A stretch of DNA of 64,000 bases from a virus: the IMG/VR virus record IMGVR_UViG_3300050821_017570, positions 64,001 through 128,000 of that record, one strand, 5' to 3'. Shown here one piece after another: positions 27,196 through 36,985 of this stretch. Each line of letters opens with the position of its first letter. Positions within the stretch are counted from its first letter, which is position 1. The notes beneath the pieces were generated by a model that was not told where the DNA came from, searched no databases, and was given only the letters and a program-made list of their open reading frames with translations. A program made the translations under genes and the position numbers.

Positions 27196-28146
27196 TTAGA
27201 CCTTCGATGCCGCCAATACCTGGCGGCCCTTCTCGGTAATTGTGCGACCCGCTGGAGTCGTCTCGATGTAGCCGCTCTTCAGCAGCCACGGCAGGTATAT
27301 CTCAGACACCGTCAATGCTTCCTCATCCATCACTGAGGCCAACGTATTGAGCCCCATGGTACCACGGGAAGAGCCGGCCAGGCAATCCAGCAGCTGAACC
27401 TCAGCGGCCGACAACCCAGTGGGGGCGTACCTGAGCCGCGTGAGGGTAGAAACCGCCACCTCACGTGTGATAGCTAGCGTGGGAAGCCCACCCGCGGCTG
27501 CGGTCTCGACACATGACTCGATAAGGCGGCCAGCGTGTCGGGCCGTCCCGTGACAGGCGGTCGCCAGCACGGCTGCCGCTTCCCCAGTGATGGCCTCCGC
27601 TTCAGAATTTTGAGCCATCCAGGTCAGCACGTCGATCATCTCACGGTCAGTATAGGATTCGAGGCGAATCGTATGTTTGAACCGATCCAGCAGTGGAATC
27701 GGAAGCAGCCCGTCTCGTGTGGTGCAGCCGACCAACGTAAACGCCGGTAGCGTTAGGTTCAGAACCTGACGCTTATCACCCTCACCCAACACGATCGGTA
27801 AGACCGAGTCCTGCATCACACTGTAGAGGGTTTCCTTGAGCGGCATCAGCAGGCAATGGATCTCATCCAGCACCAGGACCTGACCCTGCTTGACCGTTGA
27901 CAGCGTAGGGAGCAGGTCGGCCGGTTTCTCGATACTGGCACAGTTCACGACCGTGGACTGGCTCCCCAGCTCGGCCGGCAGTACATAGCTGGCCAGTGTG
28001 GATTTACCCAGACCGGGTGCACCCGTGAACAGAACGTGACCGTGAGGGCGCCCCAATCGCTTGGCCGCCCTCGTGGAAACCTTCAGATGCTCAATCGCTG
28101 CCGTCTGCCCGAGAAATGTCTCAAAGCTATTCGGCCGCGGAATCAC
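27196..28146 (-). CDS. ruvB: Holliday junction branch migration helicase RuvB
   Basis: RPNSFETFLGQ, Walker A GAPGLGKST, Walker B LDEIH, FTLVGCTTR, PLLDRF, GTAR, YIETTPAGR. Confidence 0.92.
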   Translation of the reverse strand: MIPRPNSFETFLGQTAAIEHLKVSTRAAKRLGRPHGHVLFTGAPGLGKSTLASYVLPAELGSQSTVVNCASIEKPADLLPTLSTVKQGQVLVLDEIHCLLMPLKETLYSVMQDSVLPIVLGEGDKRQVLNLTLPAFTLVGCTTRDGLLPIPLLDRFKHTIRLESYTDREMIDVLTWMAQNSEAEAITGEAAAVLATACHGTARHAGRLIESCVETAAAGGLPTLAITREVAVSTLTRLRYAPTGLSAAEVQLLDCLAGSSRGTMGLNTLASVMDEEALTVSEIYLPWLLKSGYIETTPAGRTITEKGRQVLAASKV

Positions 28147-28484
28147 GGAGCCGGCTCAGCAGCGGGCGTAGCAGCGGGCGTAGCAGCGGGTGCTGCGGGT
28201 GCTGCGGGGGCCGCGGCATCGGCAGGAGCGGGTGTCTCGACCGGCTTCGCCATCTGAGGATTCTTCTCCAGCCACAAGCTGGTGGTTATGGCGGCGTTGG
28301 CCAGGTGCTCGATGTCGATATGGAAGGTACGATCCTTATCACCATTGAACTGGACAACCAGGCCACCGCCCTTGCGAGCGATCATCACGAGAGCATTCAC
28401 CTCGTCGGAGACCTTTGCCATAAGGACTGGGATAATCATCAGGTCATCAAGATTGAAATCAGCGGGTAGCTTTTGCGTCTGCAT
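28143..28484 (-). CDS. Hypothetical protein with Ala/Pro tail
   Basis: 113-aa ORF; PAAT-type tandem repeats. Confidence 0.55.
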   Translation of the reverse strand: MQTQKLPADFNLDDLMIIPVLMAKVSDEVNALVMIARKGGGLVVQFNGDKDRTFHIDIEHLANAAITTSLWLEKNPQMAKPVETPAPADAAAPAAPAAPAATPAATPAAEPAP

Positions 28485-29001
28485 GGATGTCCAAAAGAGT
28501 AATGAGGGTAAGGATATGGTCGCGTTCCAGGTCGATGCCTTCGGCGTGGTCCGCGTACCGTACCTGAGAATAGCTCGCAGAGAAGCACTTTATGTTGTCG
28601 TCCTGAATGATGCGATTATCGGTCAACGCATCCACTAGGCCTTTGCAACCACCCACGAGATTCGCATGATCGTAAAAACGACCACGCTTGGGTACCAGGC
28701 GGGTAAAGTGCCAAACCGAGTAGGGGAGTGAGAGCCCAGACAGCTCACGCATCAGTACCGACACGAGGGTTCGCCAATCCTTAGCTTCCCGAGCAGCTTG
28801 AGACCAGTGGCGTCTCGCGTACTGGTTCTGAGAAGGGATTTCGAGCGTCGCTCGATACGTGACCGGCAGCGTAACCGGAAGCGTAACTGACTCTGTCGTA
28901 GCCGTCTTAACAGCTGGGTTACAGGCGCTGAGATGCTTACGTGCACCAGCGATATCATCAATCTCTACGACACGGCCACAGCTAGGGCAACTAAACCGCA
29001 C
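28459..29001 (-). CDS. rusA: RusA-like Holliday junction resolvase with N-terminal Zn motif
   Basis: IPSQN, DHANLVGGCKGLVDAL...IIQDD RusA catalytic signature; CPSC...H..C. Confidence 0.7.
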   Translation of the reverse strand: MRFSCPSCGRVVEIDDIAGARKHLSACNPAVKTATTESVTLPVTLPVTYRATLEIPSQNQYARRHWSQAAREAKDWRTLVSVLMRELSGLSLPYSVWHFTRLVPKRGRFYDHANLVGGCKGLVDALTDNRIIQDDNIKCFSASYSQVRYADHAEGIDLERDHILTLITLLDIHADAKATR

Positions 29002-29413
29002 GAGCAGGCTTCTCCAGCACATCAGTGAGCTGGTAGATCCGATGAAGCGAGAAGCTCGTCACGGTAATGGGTTCGGCCACCGGTGCACCCTCCATGGGCT
29101 TACCAGTAGCGATCGCATAGACGACTGCACCAGTAGCGCTGGGGACAAACAACCGAATACCGTCGAGGGCCAAAATACTGAAGGGCTGTTGAAGCGAAGC
29201 CTCTGGCTCACGAATCAACTGCTTAACCACCGAAGCAACCAACGGTGGCTTGAAACCGGCCAAGCCAAGTAACACACCCAGAACCCCTATGGCGACCTCA
29301 AGCCTACTCAAGGCTTCAAGGTCGGCGCAGTAGGGGGTCAGCAATCCATCAAAACTATCCGAATGATCACCAAGACCGACTCGGGTCAGCACCTTAAGTC
29401 CTTGTTCAGACAT
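28991..29413 (-). CDS. Hypothetical protein
   Basis: 140-aa ORF. Confidence 0.5.
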   Translation of the reverse strand: MSEQGLKVLTRVGLGDHSDSFDGLLTPYCADLEALSRLEVAIGVLGVLLGLAGFKPPLVASVVKQLIREPEASLQQPFSILALDGIRLFVPSATGAVVYAIATGKPMEGAPVAEPITVTSFSLHRIYQLTDVLEKPARAV

Positions 29414-29444
29414 AGTGGCTCCGATCGGTCTTGGTGATGTGGAT

Positions 29445-29753
29445 TCAGATATTGGCGGTGAGACGGAAGTCGAGCTGGTATCCCTTCACGAGACCACCAT
29501 CTGCTTCATCTCGGAACGGGTGTGGGCCGCCCGCAACCGCGATACCATAGTTGCCGTAGCCCATCTTGGCCGCTTCCTTCACCACCGCGCTCTTGCATTC
29601 GCTGGAGCGCAGGGCCGTAATGGCCTGTGAGATCTGTTCGGGCTTCGACGGATCCACCGTTACGTGGGCGATCAGAATTGCCTTATTCATACTCACGATG
29701 GTATCGGACTTACGAACCTCGAACGGTAGGCCATCAAGCGTCATGTCACTCAT
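29445..29753 (-). CDS. Hypothetical protein
   Basis: 102-aa ORF with AAAGGA RBS. Confidence 0.6.
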   Translation of the reverse strand: MSDMTLDGLPFEVRKSDTIVSMNKAILIAHVTVDPSKPEQISQAITALRSSECKSAVVKEAAKMGYGNYGIAVAGGPHPFRDEADGGLVKGYQLDFRLTANI

Positions 29754-29798
29754 AGGATTCCTTTAGGTTGGGTCTAGCATATGGGGTTACCTGGTGAG

Positions 29799-30437
29799 TC
29801 AACCCTCATCCAGGTAGGTAAAGCCGTCACCATAACTCCAATATTTCGGCCCCAACAGGCGCGGGCCAATCCGCTTCTCTGTAACGATCTCCCCATCGGG
29901 CTGAGCCAGTGTGACATCTCTTTCAGTTAACTCATCAGCAATGATGGTCTTCACGTGTGCAATCAGGTTGGTCACATACTCAACCCACTCGTCAAGATGG
30001 GTTGCAAAGCTACTACCATAGTGGTACTGGAATTCTGCTTCAGTCAATAGCCCCATATCGGTGGAGTCGACGAAGATGACACCAGTCTCACTGATTGCGA
30101 TCGACTTAACCAAATGTGAATCAATCTTCTGGATCCAACACAAATTGATGGTCTTCGGATTCCAATGATTGTCCTCATTCAGAATCGATGCCCAGTCCAG
30201 CGCAGCCGCCGACCAAGCCTCATACAGCGCTTCCCCGCCAGCCTGGCAGGCTAAACGAAACCGCTCCTTCTCGGACCAGTCGATGATTTCGTGTACACGA
30301 GCCACGTGCTGTGGCTCATACGGAAGTGCTTCAAAACAACAGGTAAGAAACTCCTTTGATAGGTCATCGGGTAACCCGATCGGCCTTGGGGTTTCTGGGA
30401 TGGCCAGCTTTCCATCCCTAAACGTTATCTTCGCCAC
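29799..30437 (-). CDS. Hypothetical protein
   Basis: 212-aa ORF. Confidence 0.6.
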   Translation of the reverse strand: MAKITFRDGKLAIPETPRPIGLPDDLSKEFLTCCFEALPYEPQHVARVHEIIDWSEKERFRLACQAGGEALYEAWSAAALDWASILNEDNHWNPKTINLCWIQKIDSHLVKSIAISETGVIFVDSTDMGLLTEAEFQYHYGSSFATHLDEWVEYVTNLIAHVKTIIADELTERDVTLAQPDGEIVTEKRIGPRLLGPKYWSYGDGFTYLDEG

Positions 30438-30455
30438 AATGTGGCTTTCTAGAGA

Positions 30456-30950
30456 CTAGGTCTCTTGGGGAGCCTCACTCGGGTCGGCTTCTGCCTCCGG
30501 CGCGGTCTCCGGTTCCTGGTCCCGTTTAAAGCTATTCCAGCCAGCTTCCCGCTTACGAGAAGTCTGACCGTACTGGAGCCTAAACGTGGCCTGGTCGATA
30601 AATGGAAATGGTGTCGTGAACCTACGAATAATCTGAAGTGAATCTTGAAGAATACGGTTCAGACGACCGATCTCCTGACAACATTGCGCCGTTGTGAGCG
30701 TTGTAGGGTCTAGCCGAAGCGAAGCCGTGGTAGCGGTCTGAAACCTAACGTACTCGACAAGAGGGTGTTTGGCCCTTCCGACCTTAGCGAGTAGAAAGTG
30801 GATCTCCTCCATCACCCCAACCAGACGAGTCACCTCGCCTGGTAACAGTTCAGCCGGCTGATCTACATATCGGATCGTTTCCTCTCCGATTCGGTAGACG
30901 ACTGGGACGCTACGGGGCTTCTGTTTACGCTTCCGCGACTTACGTGGCAT
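30456..30950 (-). CDS. Hypothetical protein
   Basis: ORF from MPRKSRKRK. Confidence 0.55.
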   Translation of the reverse strand: MPRKSRKRKQKPRSVPVVYRIGEETIRYVDQPAELLPGEVTRLVGVMEEIHFLLAKVGRAKHPLVEYVRFQTATTASLRLDPTTLTTAQCCQEIGRLNRILQDSLQIIRRFTTPFPFIDQATFRLQYGQTSRKREAGWNSFKRDQEPETAPEAEADPSEAPQET

Positions 30951-30954
30951 AACC

Positions 30955-31314
30955 CTACCTATCCAGTTGGGTGGTGAGTTTGACCGAAATCTCCGCGCCG
31001 AGTAACGCCACCACCGAGGCGTGCTCGAACTCAACCTGGTGACCCTTAACAATCGCTAACACAATCTCACCACGGATCAGGTTAGCTAGCTCTCGATGAC
31101 CAGAGTCATCATCCTCATACTCGTGTACCATCGGAACCCCACCCTTGCGAGGGGCCGACATAGCGAACAGCTTCGGCTTGGCCTGAACCGCCATAGGGGT
31201 GGCTGGTCCAACAGCTTCTGACCGAAACGCTTCGAGTTGTTCCGGAGCCAATCCTACCTGATAGGAGGGCTGACCAAGCGGCTCATGTCTGAATCCAAAT
31301 ACCTTACTGGGCAT
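30955..31314 (-). CDS. Hypothetical protein
   Basis: 119-aa ORF. Confidence 0.55.
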   Translation of the reverse strand: MPSKVFGFRHEPLGQPSYQVGLAPEQLEAFRSEAVGPATPMAVQAKPKLFAMSAPRKGGVPMVHEYEDDDSGHRELANLIRGEIVLAIVKGHQVEFEHASVVALLGAEISVKLTTQLDR

Positions 31315-31948
31315 GAGGAGTCACATTCTTAGTACGAACCATCCCAATCATAGGGATGGCCGAGCCTAGGGCGGGGCTGGCGACGATCATACCGCGTTGC
31401 TGAGTGATGTTTTGGGGCAGTGCGATATAAGCTCTCACCTTACGATCGCCACTGGCGAACGGATCAACGATTGTGGTGGACTTGAATCGAATCCGCCAGC
31501 AATGCTTGGTGTCGTGACGATTGAACTGGTAACTCTCCAGATAATCGATCAACGACTGCACGTGGGTAGGCTCAACCCCTTGAATGATACCAGACCATTC
31601 GTTCTCTGCCCAGGCGGTAGAGCCATTTACCGCCAGAAGTGGACGCCCAACCTGATAGGTCGAGAGCACAAAACTATGCCCAAGGCTATACCGGTAGGCC
31701 TCCATAAGGGATCGATCGATCCGAATCATGCAGTAGGCGAGCCCAAGGATGAACCAACCCATCTCAGGATTCAGGCTGTTGGGTAGAGCGTCAAACTCTT
31801 CGAACCGTTTCTCCACCTCGATCTTTTGATACCTAAAGGGCTGATCTTCGGGCACCGCCAGGGTTCGGTGAAGCTGTTCGACGTCCTTGGGGTCTACGAT
31901 CGAATCAGGTGGGTTGGTGAAGTCGGGAATACTAGGCTGGCTTGGCAT
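31304..31948 (-). CDS. Hypothetical protein
   Basis: Long ORF; start uncertain. Confidence 0.6.
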   Translation of the reverse strand: MPSQPSIPDFTNPPDSIVDPKDVEQLHRTLAVPEDQPFRYQKIEVEKRFEEFDALPNSLNPEMGWFILGLAYCMIRIDRSLMEAYRYSLGHSFVLSTYQVGRPLLAVNGSTAWAENEWSGIIQGVEPTHVQSLIDYLESYQFNRHDTKHCWRIRFKSTTIVDPFASGDRKVRAYIALPQNITQQRGMIVASPALGSAIPMIGMVRTKNVTPHAQ

Positions 31949-32673
31949 TCGGTCCTCGTTACGGCGCAGTCGAAGCAATGGTTGGTAAGTCCGTTGGGGC
32001 ACTCAGCCTTCGGGTCTTCGACATCGTAGCGAGTACGTAACCGAATCAACTGCAGGTTGTGCTTTCGAAACGAGGGGGTCAAACCCCACTGGTCGAACTG
32101 TACTTCATCGGAATCCGGCACCGGTCTTAGAAAGCCCCATAGCCGTAGACCGATGAAGTGTCTCGCATCCCCATCAAACTGCAGGCGTCGGGACCATCCG
32201 ACCTGATAGGCCAGGTAGCTGAGAAAGCCTTCTGGAAACTTCCGGCGGATCAGGTGGCCCGCCGGATGCCCGGTGAAGCACCTGAGCCCAAACTCCACTC
32301 CAGCAAATCGTTCTCGCCACAACGCTTCTCTCGTCGTACGTACCTCCATGGCGACCCATTCGTCACGCACGGGGCGATCGTAAGCAATCAAAGGGCCGTT
32401 AGCTAAGTCGGATTCACGACCACCAATCTGGGCAGCCAGCGTTTCGGCCAACTGCCTGGTGAGCGGCTGGCCCACGTACTGAAGCATCGTCTGGGTGCAG
32501 GTATGGTTGTCCTGAAACCCTAGCAGCTCGGCCAGTAGGCCTCCAACGTGGATCGCCATCTCAGGCGTGATCGGACAATCGATTCGCTGACGCAGCAACG
32601 TAAACGCTGTGTCGGTCTGTAGGAGTATGTCGTCAAACCGAATACGTGGTATCGGCGGTAGATCGTTATCCAC
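31894..32673 (-). CDS. Hypothetical protein with C-terminal Cys cluster
   Basis: GTG start after GGAG; CP...HCFDC...C. Confidence 0.6.
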   Translation of the reverse strand: MDNDLPPIPRIRFDDILLQTDTAFTLLRQRIDCPITPEMAIHVGGLLAELLGFQDNHTCTQTMLQYVGQPLTRQLAETLAAQIGGRESDLANGPLIAYDRPVRDEWVAMEVRTTREALWRERFAGVEFGLRCFTGHPAGHLIRRKFPEGFLSYLAYQVGWSRRLQFDGDARHFIGLRLWGFLRPVPDSDEVQFDQWGLTPSFRKHNLQLIRLRTRYDVEDPKAECPNGLTNHCFDCAVTRTECQASLVFPTSPTHLIRS

Positions 32674-32944
32674 GATGCGCTCCGTCCAGCAGTCGCACCA
32701 AATCCCACGGATATGGTTGGGTGCGGTCTCGACAGTAATAGGCCGAATCCAAAAGCTCCGGTACCTTATACCAACCACGTATCCAAGATGAATCATACCA
32801 GCGATTGGCGTCTCGCACTCCGCCTCGCGTGGTCGCCTGAATACGGATACACCCATCGAGTCGCAACAAATCTGTCACCAGCCCACGAGACCCATTCCGA
32901 TATTCCCAAGTCTGACCAACCTTGATGGGTGGCATCAGGCTCAT
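32666..32944 (-). CDS. GQIW-family protein #26
   Basis: PIKVGQTWEYRNG...PWDLVRLLD. Confidence 0.7.
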   Translation of the reverse strand: MSLMPPIKVGQTWEYRNGSRGLVTDLLRLDGCIRIQATTRGGVRDANRWYDSSWIRGWYKVPELLDSAYYCRDRTQPYPWDLVRLLDGAHRG

Positions 32945-33819
32945 TAGGGTGCCAGATCGGTCATCTGTTCCAGGAGCTTATCCACCACCTGTTTGACCTC
33001 CATGAGGCCGGCTTGTGCGTTCTCGAACGCGGCCTTGTAGTTGGCTTGTGCCTTATCGGAGTCGAACCCGATCTTACTGGCCTCGCCAATCACAATGAAA
33101 ACATCAGGTGCGATGCTCAACAGCTTTGTGCAGGTCGAATCGATCTGCTTGAGTGGCTTCAGCGGTGATTGGCTGAACTCCTTCTCCTGGTGCGCACCAA
33201 CCGATTTTGTTTTTCCATCATCGGGCTGGACTGGGGCCGCGACCCCAACGGCATTGTCAGCCGAACCAGTGTCTCCCACGTTATCTGATGGTTCGGCCGC
33301 CGGCGGAGTCGGCTTAACTGGTGCTGGTGCTCGGGCGGTCTGGATGGCTTCATCAGTAGCCTTTCGAACCGACTGTTTACGATGCTCCTGGATCGTTTCC
33401 TCCAAGGCTTTGATCGTGACAGCCTTACCATCATCACCGTAGAGCTTTTCGACCACCGCTGGACGAGTTTCCTCGTCAACCGAAGCCAGCAGCTTGAGGT
33501 GACCGATCAGGACACCCTTACTGACCATCTCGGGCAGATCTTCCTGTCGGTACATGAGATTGACGGACCGCGCACAGTAGAGGGTTGTGGCACCAAACGT
33601 CGCGCCAGGGATGCGAGCTGTCAACTCACTCGCCAACCGCTCAATGCCGGCTCGGGATGGCTTCTCCCCAGCCGCCTGGATGAATCGAATCACAATCGCA
33701 CCCAGCTCCCAGTAGTAGTTCAGGTGAGACAGCTGAGCAACACTGGTACAGCGGCAGGCTGCCTCTAGGCATTCGTTGTAGATAGCTTCAAAACTAGGCT
33801 GTTCGGCCGGAGTATTCAT
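32944..33819 (-). CDS. DUF1016/YhcG N-terminal-like DNA-binding protein
   Basis: YYWELGAIV...GIERLASELT...FGATTL resembles DUF1016-N; long linker, helical C-terminus. Confidence 0.45.
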   Translation of the reverse strand: MNTPAEQPSFEAIYNECLEAACRCTSVAQLSHLNYYWELGAIVIRFIQAAGEKPSRAGIERLASELTARIPGATFGATTLYCARSVNLMYRQEDLPEMVSKGVLIGHLKLLASVDEETRPAVVEKLYGDDGKAVTIKALEETIQEHRKQSVRKATDEAIQTARAPAPVKPTPPAAEPSDNVGDTGSADNAVGVAAPVQPDDGKTKSVGAHQEKEFSQSPLKPLKQIDSTCTKLLSIAPDVFIVIGEASKIGFDSDKAQANYKAAFENAQAGLMEVKQVVDKLLEQMTDLAP

Positions 33820-34307
33820 GTAGGCTCCTCTGAAGGTCCCCATCGGTTAGAGAAGAACTTCTCAAACGGCAGGACATTGAAAATGGCCTGGCTGGTAGAA
33901 ACGTGAAGAGAGCAGTCCTCCAGGGTGGTCAGATTGGTAGCCACCCATCGTCCTTGCCCATACACGTAGAATATCAAGCAACACGGCTCTGTTGACGTGC
34001 CGCGGAAATTAAGAAACGCTTCCGTAATGGGGTGGCTGACTGGTTTACGAAGCAAGTCAAAGAAGTTAAATCGAAACTCACGCGTCGATCCAACCCTAGC
34101 GGTAACTAGGCCTTCATCGTTAAACCAGTCCCAGCCAAACCCCTCTTGCAGCTCATGTTTCTGGTGGGCGACCTGACCAGCCGACCAACCTAACTGCTTA
34201 AGAACCGCTCCAACAGACGACTCTTCGAAATTTGTCAGCTTGTGGGTTTCGAGTTCCTTGGCAGCGTCAGATAACCCCAACTGCTTCATCACGTCATCAG
34301 GGTACAT
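33816..34307 (-). CDS. Hypothetical protein
   Basis: 163-aa ORF downstream of recombinase. Confidence 0.6.
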   Translation of the reverse strand: MYPDDVMKQLGLSDAAKELETHKLTNFEESSVGAVLKQLGWSAGQVAHQKHELQEGFGWDWFNDEGLVTARVGSTREFRFNFFDLLRKPVSHPITEAFLNFRGTSTEPCCLIFYVYGQGRWVATNLTTLEDCSLHVSTSQAIFNVLPFEKFFSNRWGPSEEPT

Positions 34308-34309
34308 GG

Positions 34310-35575
34310 TTAGTCACCAAGCACGGTCTGGTCGGTCAGGTCCACTTCCTGGATGTTCGAATACTGAATGATATCAAGGAAGTTGGAGACCTTCTGTCGC
34401 ATCTCAGGGTTCTGCTCGATCGCACGTCCAAACGCAGTGAAGCTAGCTCCATCGAGCCCTAACGCCTCGCACTTGATATGGTTGGGGTCATTTTGGACAA
34501 AGTAGAGCGCGTCATCCAGACGGGCAATATCGTAGGCGAAATTACCGAACTTTTTGTCATACTTCATCTGCCAGAGCAGGTAACCAAGTGCACCTTCCCA
34601 GTCATACTTCATGATCTGGCGACGGGGTCCCTTCAGGGTCGGATCGTCCGGATGCGGGCTATCCACGTACTGCCAAATCAGATCGACCCAAAGCTTGCGG
34701 TGATCGGGTCCCAGGCAGGACATATTGGATTCGATGATGAGCGGATGCCCCGTGCAGGGCACACCCGGATGCGGCATCGCCTCGTGGGTGGCCTTTTCGA
34801 ATCCCGCACACTTGGTTACGCGCAAACTCAGACTGGCCTTGAAGTTAGCTGCCGCACCACCGGTTTCACGCTTCGGAGGCGGCCCATACCCGCCGGTCTG
34901 CTCGATCGCCTGCTTGAGGTGCCGAACATACCCAACCGAACAGGTCGTACCGTGAAGCTGCATAGCCTCCAGATACCGGGTAATCTGCGCGGCAGTGGTT
35001 GGGTAACCACGAGCCTGCGCCATACCTTCCTTCTCGATACGTTCCTGGTCACCCTCCGAGGCTTTACCGGTCAGCGAATCAATACTGACGAATGACGGAA
35101 TACGAGCGCCCTTATCGCGGTATCCGATTCGTCGGGCCAGCTGGATAGCTGCCGTGGCGATTGACTGCCACTCTTCAACTGAAGCCGACTCCTTGAAGAT
35201 GAGTAGCTTTGACTGTGCCTCGGTGAGGCGCCACCACGTCATGGCACTCAACATGGAAGCCGAACTCTTACTCTCATTGTCGATCGCCGTACCGAGCCCA
35301 CCCGCAAGGATATACCAGGTCAGGATCTCAATCATGAGGGTCGACTTGAAAGACTTAGGTTCCCCTGACACGCTTAGATAGCGCTGACATGGGAATACGC
35401 TGCAACCACCGATCACCCACTGAAAGGCCAGACTAGGGATCGGAATCCCCCAGGTGTGCTCGGCATGATCACCCATTGAGTAGGCTTTCGTGGAAGTCGC
35501 CGCCTGGTTAATCGCATCGATAGCAATCTGGGCGAGCTGATCGGGCGCGAAGTCATCCTTGGCTTTTTTAGCCAT
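34310..35575 (-). CDS. uvsX: RecA/UvsX-like recombinase
   Basis: Walker A GEPKSFKST (like T4 UvsX GPSKSFKS), IDSLT Walker B, ETGGAAANFKASLSLRV. Confidence 0.8.
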   Translation of the reverse strand: MAKKAKDDFAPDQLAQIAIDAINQAATSTKAYSMGDHAEHTWGIPIPSLAFQWVIGGCSVFPCQRYLSVSGEPKSFKSTLMIEILTWYILAGGLGTAIDNESKSSASMLSAMTWWRLTEAQSKLLIFKESASVEEWQSIATAAIQLARRIGYRDKGARIPSFVSIDSLTGKASEGDQERIEKEGMAQARGYPTTAAQITRYLEAMQLHGTTCSVGYVRHLKQAIEQTGGYGPPPKRETGGAAANFKASLSLRVTKCAGFEKATHEAMPHPGVPCTGHPLIIESNMSCLGPDHRKLWVDLIWQYVDSPHPDDPTLKGPRRQIMKYDWEGALGYLLWQMKYDKKFGNFAYDIARLDDALYFVQNDPNHIKCEALGLDGASFTAFGRAIEQNPEMRQKVSNFLDIIQYSNIQEVDLTDQTVLGD

Positions 35576-35599
35576 TTGTTTTCTCGTTTAGTTAATAGG

Positions 35600-35635
35600 A
35601 AAACCAAAGGGGACCACCACCATGATGGCCCCCTT
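35600..35635 (-). terminator. Probable terminator
   Basis: GGGGGCCATC/GGTGGTCCCC stem followed by TTTGGTTTT on minus strand. Confidence 0.55.
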
Positions 35636-35643
35636 CGATCGGA

Positions 35644-36882
35644 TCACTTCTTCTGCTGTTGCTCAAGAATCCGCTTGTAGGCTGCCTCTAAATCCACCGG
35701 TGCAGCCGTTCCCGCAGGAGCTGGCGTAGGCGCGGTGGGGGCAACGGAAGCGGGAGCCTGAACCGCACCCCAGCCACCCGCCGTGGGAGCCGCTACCGGT
35801 GGCGCACTAGGCGCGACAGGTGCAACACTTGCTGGCGTGGGGGCTGCCTTGCCCCAGCCGGATGGAGCCGGCGCCGGCGCTGGTGTCTGAGCCGCTGGTG
35901 CGGCCGTCGGAGCGGTTGGCGCCGCCGGTCTGGCACCCCAGCCCGACGTAGGAGCTGGAGCCGATGCCGGACGGGCCACATAGCCAGTCGTCGCAGGAGC
36001 GGGTGCGCTTGCCAACTTGAGCTGCTCGATTCGGTCCCTGAAGGCTGGCTTCAGTGACACGATGTTAGCCCCATAGGCAATCACCATCTTCTGGATCAGT
36101 TCATCGTAGGTATAGCGGCGCAGGATATCATCCCACGGAACCCACGCGTTCATCAACTCCGCTGGTAGCGGGAACGGCACAGGGGCCTGTCCCGGCGCTG
36201 CCACTGGGTTGATGTTGAAGCTGACCACCTTGCTACCCGCGGTAGCGACCGGATCGATCTGTAGGGCATAACCAGCCTTGGGATCAAACACATCGATACC
36301 CATGCTGGCCGCCTGAGTCAGACAGACCTGAAGTGCCTTCAGCGCGTTTGCACCGAAAACAATCACACCACGCTGGATCATTGGCTCACAATTCTGGCCA
36401 TTCAGCTGAAGTACCATGCCCTGGCCCAGCACGTGGTCCTGAACGTTAGAGAGTGGCGCACTACCCTTCTCGGTCTTGTTGAGAAGCTGACTAACCTCTT
36501 TGAAGACGGCCGGATCCTGGATCCGATTCTTGTTGATATCACCCTTCAGGCTGATGTAGAGACCAGCAAACGGAAGGTCTGGATCACCCAGATCACGGTA
36601 TCCGGCGTCCGTCGGCCGTACCACACCGTGGAACTTAGTATGAGTGCCAGCGTAGAAAGCCATCTTCTCCATCATGAGGTTTGAGAAGATAGGACCATTG
36701 GCATCATGCCCAACCACCATCGGTAGGATGGTGCCGTCCGGCGCCACCTCAGGGAACAGCCGAATAATGGTTGTGGCCCCAACAATACCCTTGGGCTTCA
36801 CTACCGTCCAGCCACAGCTGGGCTTAAGGATGTCTTGGATCTTGTCCTGGTTGCCATCTTGAGAATGAAACGAAGTAGCCAT
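35644..36882 (-). CDS. Hypothetical protein, candidate ssDNA-binding protein
   Basis: About 290-aa globular part (IIRLFP beta-strand) plus long Ala/Pro linker; sits between polymerase and recombinase; function inferred from position only. Confidence 0.4.
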   Translation of the reverse strand: MATSFHSQDGNQDKIQDILKPSCGWTVVKPKGIVGATTIIRLFPEVAPDGTILPMVVGHDANGPIFSNLMMEKMAFYAGTHTKFHGVVRPTDAGYRDLGDPDLPFAGLYISLKGDINKNRIQDPAVFKEVSQLLNKTEKGSAPLSNVQDHVLGQGMVLQLNGQNCEPMIQRGVIVFGANALKALQVCLTQAASMGIDVFDPKAGYALQIDPVATAGSKVVSFNINPVAAPGQAPVPFPLPAELMNAWVPWDDILRRYTYDELIQKMVIAYGANIVSLKPAFRDRIEQLKLASAPAPATTGYVARPASAPAPTSGWGARPAAPTAPTAAPAAQTPAPAPAPSGWGKAAPTPASVAPVAPSAPPVAAPTAGGWGAVQAPASVAPTAPTPAPAGTAAPVDLEAAYKRILEQQQKK

Positions 36883-36985
36883 ATATGCCTTATTTTGTAA
36901 GCGGTCAATGAGCCGTCGGCTCTGCGACCTAGGTAACGCGTTTTGGCGCGTCTTGAATGTAAAGATTCAACAACGAAATCAAGCC

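Noticed and set aside
28150-28225. 12-bp and 9-bp tandem repeats (also Ala/Pro tracts at 35700-36010 and 48590-48750)
   Set aside because: These are ordinary low-complexity Ala/Pro linkers in coding sequence.
34310-35575. Apparently broken Walker A in the recombinase
   Set aside because: GEPKSFKST matches the T4 UvsX-type variant (GPSKSFKS), so it is not evidence of inactivation.
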